A program made the position numbers and the translations under genes. A DNA stretch of 29,440 nucleotides, from contig NW_021832958.1 in the NCBI RefSeq assembly GCF_006345805.1, positions 1 through 29,440 of the forward strand. The letters run 5' to 3'. This document shows positions 21,491 through 29,440 of the stretch, in pieces. The notes under the pieces are model-generated. The model was given only the letters and a program-made list of their open reading frames with translations. It had not been told where the DNA came from and searched no databases. Source of the stretch: Octopus sinensis. Lineage: Eukaryota. Every line of letters begins with the position of its first letter. The first letter of the stretch is position 1.

Positions 21491-22059
21491 GGATCACTAT
21501 TGAAGCCAACGAAGGCCCGGCTCAGCACGACAACCATACCCCACCCACCCACCACCCACCCTTCAACGCTTTAGTTTGTGTAATTAATAAGATATAATTA
21601 AGTGTTGAATGTAAACTTAAAAAATAAAAATTATTCTTTAATTTTCTACTGATCCCTCCCCTACGCCAGAAGCCTCCACCCCACACACTGTCCCACAGAA
21701 TAAAGACGGTGACATTATAGAATCGTCAAAGCAGCGGAGAGATTAGAAACTCTCTCAGTACTTCTTCCAAATTTCTGCGTCCTGATTTCAAATCCTGCCG
21801 AGGAACAACTTTGCGTTTAATTATCTCAAGACCGATAAAACCGAAACACTAATAGAGGGCGACGAATTTTCAGAAATATAAGAACGTTGGACCTGATACC
21901 TTGTGGTATTTGTTCTGACTCTTATCATTCTGATTTTAAATCCTGCTTGCGTGGGCCCAAAGTGGGATTAAATCTCCATCGCCCATTTTAACATCATCGA
22001 CAAGAGGCTTCAGTCGCTCATCGATGGTATAAAATCCACTCCGTTGCAAGAATTCGGAG

Positions 22060-22428
22060 CAGCACTGGGTTAACCATTAAGCAAAATAAGCACGTGCTTA
22101 GGGCATTAGGGCAGCGGGGTGTCACAGAAATGGTAGATGGTTTACGGCACAAAAGAAATCACTTTAAACTTGCTAAAATAATATTGGAAGTGTTTTATAT
22201 GATCGGGAATAAAATTATCAAATGTGTTACGCAAGATTAATGTTGAGGATCTGATCAAAGATTTTACAATTAAAAAGGTAGAAAACTTCAAATATAAATA
22301 AGGCGGAAATAACAAAAATAAAAATTATTTTCCCTCTTACTGTTCGTTTATATCTTGAATTACATATATTTGGAGGCACCAAAGTCTTTTAAGCGCTTAG
22401 GGCCTTAATGGGTCTTAATTCGGACCGA
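22060..22428 (+). mobile_element. Non-autonomous hAT-derived element
   Basis: Degenerate CAGGGCCGGATTAA-type ends (CAGCACTGGGTTAA…TTAATTCGGACCG). Internal NVLRKINVEDLIKDFTIKK (22221-22277) resembles the end of a hAT C-terminal dimerisation domain. No 8-bp TSD found. Confidence 0.6.
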
Positions 22429-22479
22429 ACCTCCTGAATGACAATAAGATCCTCTGTCTTTCTGTATCTTCAGTCTCGG

Positions 22480-22835
22480 AATTACTGTGAATAGTCATAG
22501 ACACTGCCTTCTTTCTGAAGTAGATCTAGTTTTGTCATCAACCCCGGGATTCCTAAGGCCGGAGCTTAACCCGTTATCGTTGGCGTAAAGTGTGACTGAG
22601 CTTACAACTCCGCTTTTACCCTGAATAGGACGAAGGTCCGTCGAATGGCAAATTCCAGGCTATTGCCGGGGATTTTAACTTATTCGCGGCTCAGTGGACT
22701 GAAGTGACCTGAGAAGCACAGTATTATTTTTGCTCAAAAACAAAAGTACAATACACTGCCCGCTCCTGGAATCGAAACCACAGTCTTACGAGCGTAAGTC
22801 CGACACTCTGACCACTAAGTCACTCACCTCCACCC
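22480..22835 (-). mobile_element. tRNA-derived SINE (family C)
   Basis: Minus-strand head GTGACTTAGTGGTCAGAGTGTCGGACT…GGTTTCGATTCC (A- and B-box like), followed by a non-tRNA body. Confidence 0.7.
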
Positions 22836-23084
22836 TCCTCATTGAGAGATAAGAAATATCAACTACAACCCGGCGCTTATTTTCTGGTTTGCATAATTAC
22901 ACAAAACAACAATATATATATAACCAATATAAGTAAACATTATCTACTTGTATCTAGGATAATTAGAAAAAATGCTAATTTTCAACATTTATTTTGTATT
23001 CATTAAAAAAAAGTTCTCTTAAATTTACCATTTGCATTTCCTGCGCCGGATTTGCCATCGGAAATCCAGCAGTAAAAAAAAAAA

Positions 23085-23164
23085 AATCGCCAAACTCCGT
23101 GGTGCTCCCTTCCCATGGCGCCCAAAGCACGTGCTTGTTTTGTTTAATACATAACCTGACCCTG
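23085..23164 (-). mobile_element. hAT-type terminal fragment related to the left end at 22060
   Basis: Reverse complement CAGGGTCAGGTTATGTATTAAACAAAACAAGCACGTGCTTTGGGC matches 22060-22104 at 34/45 positions. Confidence 0.6.
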
Positions 23165-23362
23165 TATATATTCGTTACGACACAACTGTACAAGAAATTG
23201 TGTTATTTATATTTTACACACGCATTCACGCCTACCATACTAAATTTCACCCTCGTTTTATATACACTGTCAATTTTATACACACATGCGCACATACATA
23301 TTCATTTGCATGTTTATACGCATTGAACAAGTCAGATTTTCCAATACGATATATATGTGTTC

Positions 23363-23426
<64 letters not shown>

Positions 23427-23890
23427 GTGTGTGCGTGTATGTATGTATATATGTATGTATGCGTACATGACTAGGCGTCCACATGTACACGCAGCTAGCT
23501 GTTTTAAATACGAATGTATATAGACACGCAGATATATTTCCCATAAAACATTGACAGTTACGCACAGCTAATAATTACTTTATAAACACTTCTACATGGT
23601 CGTATTGAATTATATACACTTATTTTCAAACCGCAAGGAGACATTCACATAAAAAAAAAACCTAACTTCATAACGACACACGCACACAGCCATATGCAGG
23701 CAGACATATGCGCATCCGCAGGCGATCCCTTTTAACATAAACACTTCCACAGATACTCACGGGGCCTTCAAATACAGAGGAATGCAGTGATTGGTATGCA
23801 TTCATGCATATTGATACGTAGGTTAGCTTATATACGCAGGGGTATACAGTGATACATAACCGTATGACATATGCCCACATATACGTAAAG

Positions 23891-23993
<103 letters not shown>

Positions 23994-24048
23994 ATATATA
24001 TATGCAAATACAAATATGTTATACATATAGGGCACGGACGTGTGTGTG

Positions 24049-24342
24049 CCAATCACATGGTTCTGAGTTCGGTCCCACTGTGTGACGCTTTGGGGAAGTG
24101 TCTTCTACTGTAGCCTCGAGCTGTGAAGGATTTGGTAGACGGAAACTGAAGAAGCCAGTAATATATATATGTTTGTGCGTGTGTGTTGGTTTCTTTACGT
24201 CCCTGTAATCTAGCAGTTTGAGAAAAGTGACTGAGGCTTGAAAATAGTGCTGGTGTCGATTTCTTCGACTACAAACACTCCAAGTCGGGGACCCAGCATG
24301 GTCGCAGTCTAATGACTGAAGCTAGTAAAATAGGTAAAAGAT
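24049..24342 (+). mobile_element. SINE family A, near full length with small deletions
   Basis: Collinear with 28716-29131: ggttctgagttcggtccc…ggtagacggaaactgaag…cagcatggtcgcagtctaatgactgaa. Confidence 0.85.
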
Positions 24343-24944
24343 ATATAAAGAGTCAGACACACACACACAGATAGATAGAGAGAGAGAGACATTGACAGAG
24401 AGACAGAGAGACAGGCAGATAGAGAGAGAGAGTGAGAGAGAGATACTGATAGATTGAGAGATTTATAGATAGGTAGGTGTGTGTGTGTGTGTCTGTGTTA
24501 AACAATGTTCGTAATGTCTATCAAGTGATTTCATCTGAGTTTTGAATAACGATAAAATAACTGCAAAGGGATAGGAGTCATTCTAACATTTTCATACACG
24601 AGAATTGTTAATTCTTTAGTGTGTCCTTATTACTTCATTGCAATAATTACGTCTAATATATCATAAGTCGGCCGATATGGACCTTGATATTTCGATTTCA
24701 ACATCTCAAAAAAAAAATAATAAAATCAAAGTTTAGTTGATTGAGATTGAACTCAGAACGTTGAGTTGGATTTCTGCTAATCCATCGTATTAATTTTTAT
24801 TTACGATATATGCACAAAGCCAAAGACTTCTGGGGTCGAGAGGAACAGTCGATTCTATCAACACCATTACAGCTTAAAGAAACAAAACCAACACCGCAAT
24901 GGATTTCCTTCGATACTCTAGCGATTCTAATAGTAATAATAGTA

Positions 24945-25476
24945 ATGCAATACCAGGCTGTGGCTCTCATGGCTTCTGATCTTAACTGATTGGAAGTGTT
25001 ATCATGTACATTGTTTTGTCTTGGTATAAAAGATGGGCTACAGTAAATATCCTGCTCAATACCACAGATTTGCTTGTCAGTTGTTTGACCATAACCAGTT
25101 GTGCTGACGATATGTGCATATCTAATCACGAGCAGAAGTAGTGGGGAGCATCATAGCTATGTGCTGAGAGGGATTCTTTGGGGTTTGAATAATTCACCTC
25201 AGGAAAATTGGCTGTTTCGTTCAACATCCTTAAATAACCCTTATTCCGGGACCTTTTAAGCGGGATGGGCTACTTGACCAGAAAAAAATTCTAACTGGGC
25301 CCCACCTGCAAGGTCATATGCTGTTTATCTTGATATGAGATCACCATGTCGCGCACATATGGTTGTGATGCATGTGCCTAGTGTACCCTTATTAGACGGG
25401 TAATCATGATGGGTATACTGGGCTTCGTATATTTTACCCCAGTGTCACTGGGGTAAAATACACTGCTCTCTCACTC
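24945..25476 (+). mobile_element. ORF-less dispersed repeat flanked by (TAA)n-like tracts, copy 2
   Basis: Reverse complement of 3780-4268 plus about 70 bp more 5' sequence; ends …CTCTCTCACTC(AAT)n. Confidence 0.82.
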
Positions 25477-25690
25477 AATAATAATAATAATAGGCACACG
25501 GCCTTAAATCTGGGGTGAGATTACTACTCAATTACATAGACCTAGTGCGTAACTGGTACTTAATTTATCAACCCCGAAAGGATGAAAGGCAAAGTCATCC
25601 TCGGCGGAATTTTAACTCAGAACATAGCGACAGACGAAATACCACTAAGTATTTCGCCCGGCCTAATAATGACTCTGCTAGCTCACCATC

Positions 25691-25721
<31 letters not shown>

Positions 25722-25830
25722 TAATAATAATAATAATCTTTTCAACTAAAGGCACAAGGCTTGAAATATTTGAGGAAGGGCCAAATCGATTACATTAAAT
25801 CCGTACTCAACTGGTACTTATTTCCTCGAC
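25477..25830 (-). mobile_element. SINE family B (25490-25690) plus a second 3' fragment (25738-25830), separated by (AAT)n
   Basis: Reverse complement …gttctgagttaaaattccgccgaggatgactttgcctttcatcctttcggggttgataaattaagtaccag…gtgcctattattatt. Confidence 0.82.
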
Positions 25831-26084
25831 CCTGCCGCTATGCGTTTTTTTTTCTCCCTTTCCGCATGCTAATGACTCCACCAGTCCGCCATTGGTGCTC
25901 ATTCATTCGTAGAACATCCGCTTATGAAAGGTTTTCTCAGCGTTTAGGGTTAAGCAAGCTTGGTTAAACGTTAAAAAGAACGTTATTTTAAAAACTGCTT
26001 TTGATGGGATTCGATTAACTGAGAATCGAAACATATTTCGAAGTCCCAGTCAACCGATTTTCATAAAAAAACATGATTAGGTGG

Positions 26085-26128
26085 AAAATAATAATAATAA
26101 TGATAATAATAATAATAATAATAATATG

Positions 26129-26198
<70 letters not shown>
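26085..26198. repeat. (AAT)n microsatellite
   Basis: Direct reading. Confidence 0.97.
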
Positions 26199-26199
<1 letters not shown>

Positions 26200-26297
26200 C
26201 TGTGGGTGTGGCAAGGTTGTTATACGATATGGAAAAGCATTAAAACATATACACAATGCGAATCCATAGAAGAGTATAGGTGCAGACGTGACTATCT

Positions 26298-26443
26298 GGT
26301 AAGAAGCTGGCTTCTTAAGCACGTGGTTCCGGGTTCAGTCTCACTATGAAGAACCTTGATTGAGTGTCGTCTACTATAGCTTCGGGCCGCCCAAAACCTT
26401 GTGAATGGATTAGGTAAACGGAAACTGAAAGAAACCTGTTGCA

Positions 26444-26511
<68 letters not shown>

Positions 26512-26515
26512 GTGT
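26298..26515 (+). mobile_element. SINE family A 5' half ending in (TG)n
   Basis: ggtaagaagctggcttc…ggttccgggttcagtc…ggtaaacggaaactgaaagaaacc then (TG)n; 3' half not seen. Confidence 0.82.
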
Positions 26516-26929
26516 GTTTTAGCAAACTAGCTAGAGTTTAGTAATGTTGGGTTCATACAAATATTGGGTCGTAGTTTTGGTTCCTTGACTAATTATTCTT
26601 TGTTAAGTCTGCTGTCTATTTGCGAAATCAGAGACTGGAAAGTAACTGATATTCTGTGGATCGTAGCAGAAAGTTTTGGCAGGAATACAGCAACCGAACG
26701 TCTTCCACTGAAGAAGTGCGGTAGACTGAAATGAGGTCATCTGGTAATTCCGGCACCCACACCAGATGATTCTCGTCTGCTACGATATATCTGTACCTTT
26801 ATGCACCATGCATCTATGTGAAAAGTCTTTTCAAAACGAATACCGCAGCATTCAGTGTTCTAACAAGACATCCACAAGTTAGATATACATTGTCTTTTGA
26901 TACTAATACTATTTCTGCCACTTATAATT

Positions 26930-27201
<272 letters not shown>

Positions 27202-27999
27202 TGAGGGGTGCTGGAAAATTCCTGGCTTTGGGTAGAAGGAAATACAGGAGGATCAGCTAATTATGAATTTTGTGCAACATATTCCCCCCCCCCTCTCAGA
27301 TTCCTACACTTATTGCAGCGTTCCAGCAAACCCAGACTGGATGTCGTTTTCCGGAAGCGAGTCGAGGACCTTCTGCGATTCGCTCTGGATTTCGACCACG
27401 GTGTTAAAACACCGGCCTTTGAGTTGCATTTTCACCTTGGGCCAAATCTAGCGAATAGGGTGGATTCAGAAGGGTGGATACCATGTTGTATACTCGCGAG
27501 AAACTCGCGAGTGAAAAGAGCCCAGTGACATAGGTGCACTGTTGTCGCGAGGAATCTAATTCTTCGCGATCTTCAGACCCGGTCACTTTCACCGAATGTC
27601 CTCCCTCAATCGCTTCAAAACCTTCCATTGACCGTCTCCATGCACAATATCATATTTCTGTGGGTGACTAAGCGGCAGGACTTTCTGATCGCTCCTCATC
27701 TTCCAGAGACTTTCTTCCGCTTTTGAAGCGTCCGTGCCGTACGACCCATTGCCTCGTTGCCGTAAGCTTGCCGAAGCATGTCTCTGCAGCAGACCTCCAA
27801 AGGCCCTCTCAATGACAAATCGCAGACTACAGCATACACGTCATAACAAAAACACTACAACTTGCGAAGTAAACACAGCCATGCCACTCGGCACACTGCC
27901 TCATAAAGGTCACTGCAAACTTTCATTGCGTACGCAATAGTGTGCTGCCATCTGTTGGCATCTACAGAACTAGTCCGAGTACTTTTGGATACCACCTTG
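27202..27999 (-). mobile_element. mariner-family transposon remnant, internally deleted
   Basis: Minus strand MLRQAYGNEAMGR…RHGRFKSGRKSLEDEERS (N-terminal) and PPYSLDLA…KVKMQLKGRCFNTVVEIQSESQKVLDSL (YSPDL-like motif and C-terminus); both ends abut TA runs. Confidence 0.88.
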
Positions 28000-28670
28000 T
28001 ATATATATATATATATCGTTTCAGCTTCACGGATGATTACCACTTGTTTGTGTTTTCTCATTGTCAGCGGCGTTTCTGATTTTCCGTTGATATGTCCTCT
28101 CAGATGAAAATCTCAGTCCCGTTGCAAATCTGCGTCGTTTGAGGCGCAGCTGACAGGCAAAATTTGTAACTGTACTTCCAGCCGGTTGGGTCTGCACATG
28201 TCACCACTCTTCCATCGTCATAGGACTGTCAGCAGATGGAACGACATATGTGGTCACCAGAAACAGACATTACGGTATTGGATTATTGTGATAAACGCTG
28301 GCGCAATACGAGTGTACCATATTCTCTCTGAATCACCGTGATTAGTATCCGGGTGACACAGCCCGAAACGAGATGTGACCAATAAAAGCATGTCGAAGTG
28401 CGGGTTTTAAATTAGTGTCCCTCTCCTAGAATGATGCAGTGACACCTAGAGAGGTTTTACTGCGTGCTTTGACACTAAACAAGGATATTTGCGTGTCCCC
28501 GCGTTCAGATGGATTGTTATAACATATGCTGGGACCCTAACACACGTTTCTTCGTGTCAGAGTAGACCTGGAGAAAATAGGGTCTAAAAGGCGTCCCACA
28601 CTCCTCAACCCATTGGAACTCTCGAACTAGAGCTACGCTACCGGGAGCAATTTCAACTTATACGCTTATG

Positions 28671-28711
<41 letters not shown>

Positions 28712-28715
28712 TATA

Positions 28716-28871
28716 GTTGTGGTAAGTAGCCTGCTTACCAACCACATGGTTCTGGGTTCAGTCCCACTATGTGGCACCTTGGGCAAGTGTCTTCTACTAC
28801 AGCCTCGGGCCGCCCAAAGCCTTGTGAGTGGATTTGGTAGACGGAAACTGAAAGAAGCCCGTCGTATATAT

Positions 28872-28909
<38 letters not shown>

Positions 28910-29131
28910 ATATGTTTGTGTGTCTGTGTTTGTCCCCCCCAACATCGCTTGACAACCGATGCTGGTGTGTTTACGTCCCCGTAACTTAGCGTTTCGGCAA
29001 AAGAGACCGATAGAATAAGTACTAGGTATACAAAGAATAAGTCCTGGGGTCGATTTGCTCGACTAAAGCCGGTGCTCCAGCATGGCCGTAGTCAAATGAC
29101 TGAAACAAGTAAAAGAAAAAGGAAAAGAATA
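28716..29131 (+). mobile_element. Most complete SINE family A copy: tRNA-like head, conserved body, internal (TA)n(TG)n, 3' tail
   Basis: B-box-like GGTTCAGTCCC; ggcaccttgggcaagtgtcttctac…; microsatellite at about 28865-28925; tail ggtgctccagcatggccgtagtcaaatgactgaaacaagtaaaag. Style matches octopus tRNA-derived SINEs (OK/OR-type); exact family not assignable without a library. Confidence 0.9.
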
Positions 29132-29198
29132 TCATATCTATAAAAGGGAAGATGTGTGTGCGTATGTGTGGGTGTGTACTCAGTGTCTGTCAAGTACC

Positions 29199-29440
29199 AG
29201 ACACCCAGCTGAGTACTTGACAGACAGACTTTGCTGACGACATCGCTCTTATCAGTGATTCTCTCTCCAATGCCCAGTCTCTTTTACAATCTCTTGAACA
29301 AGCCTCAAATTGTGTAGGTCTTTACCTCAATGAGGCCAAAACTGAATACATAAACAAGTGCCCGTTCAACAGTGATTGCATCATCCATACTCTCAACAAC
29401 GCGCCCTTAAATATGGTTTCTGATTATAAATATCTTGGGT
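29199..29440 (+). mobile_element. RTE-clade LINE reverse transcriptase fragment, 5'-truncated, runs off the window end
   Basis: RHPAEYLTD…(D)FADDIALISDSLSNAQSLLQSLEQASNCVGLYLNEAKTEYIN…DYKYLG: FADD catalytic motif with downstream KT and YLG motifs, small frameshift before FADD. Confidence 0.9.

Noticed and set aside
22750-22835. tRNA-like sequence with A and B boxes (also the heads of the other SINEs)
   Set aside because: No complete cloverleaf or acceptor stem; it continues into a SINE body.
26708-26738. Hammerhead-like core CTGAAGA-AGT(loop)ACT-GAAA…GTC
   Set aside because: Core bases are in order and stem II has 3 bp, but stem I cannot pair at the cleavage junction and the usual G10.1-C11.1 pair is absent; at most a dead relic.

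Overview
Repeat-dense, AT-rich eukaryotic DNA. The SINE families and the extreme microsatellite load look like an Octopus (coleoid cephalopod) genome; this is recognition from memory, not a database result. I found no intact host protein-coding gene, rRNA, true tRNA or CRISPR array, and almost all ORF-track entries are microsatellite translations or antisense shadows of transposon ORFs. The window is a mosaic of decayed mobile elements: at least 3 tRNA-derived SINE families, Tx1/L1-clade pieces (including an apparent ORF1-only derivative), four R4/Dong-type RLE 3' fragments, CR1-group and RTE fragments, Tc1 and mariner remnants, hAT ends, a non-autonomous Helitron and a fold-back MITE. The most interesting signal is a set of (TAA)n-targeting elements: three different R4/Dong lineages stacked head-to-tail in one SINE tail (18271-19975), two copies sharing the same 5' breakpoint, and an ORF-less ~530-bp repeat with the same flanks. 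A second theme is several templated fold-back or template-switch scars that can be read directly by comparing copies within the window. All coordinates and mismatch counts were read by eye, and element boundaries are approximate.
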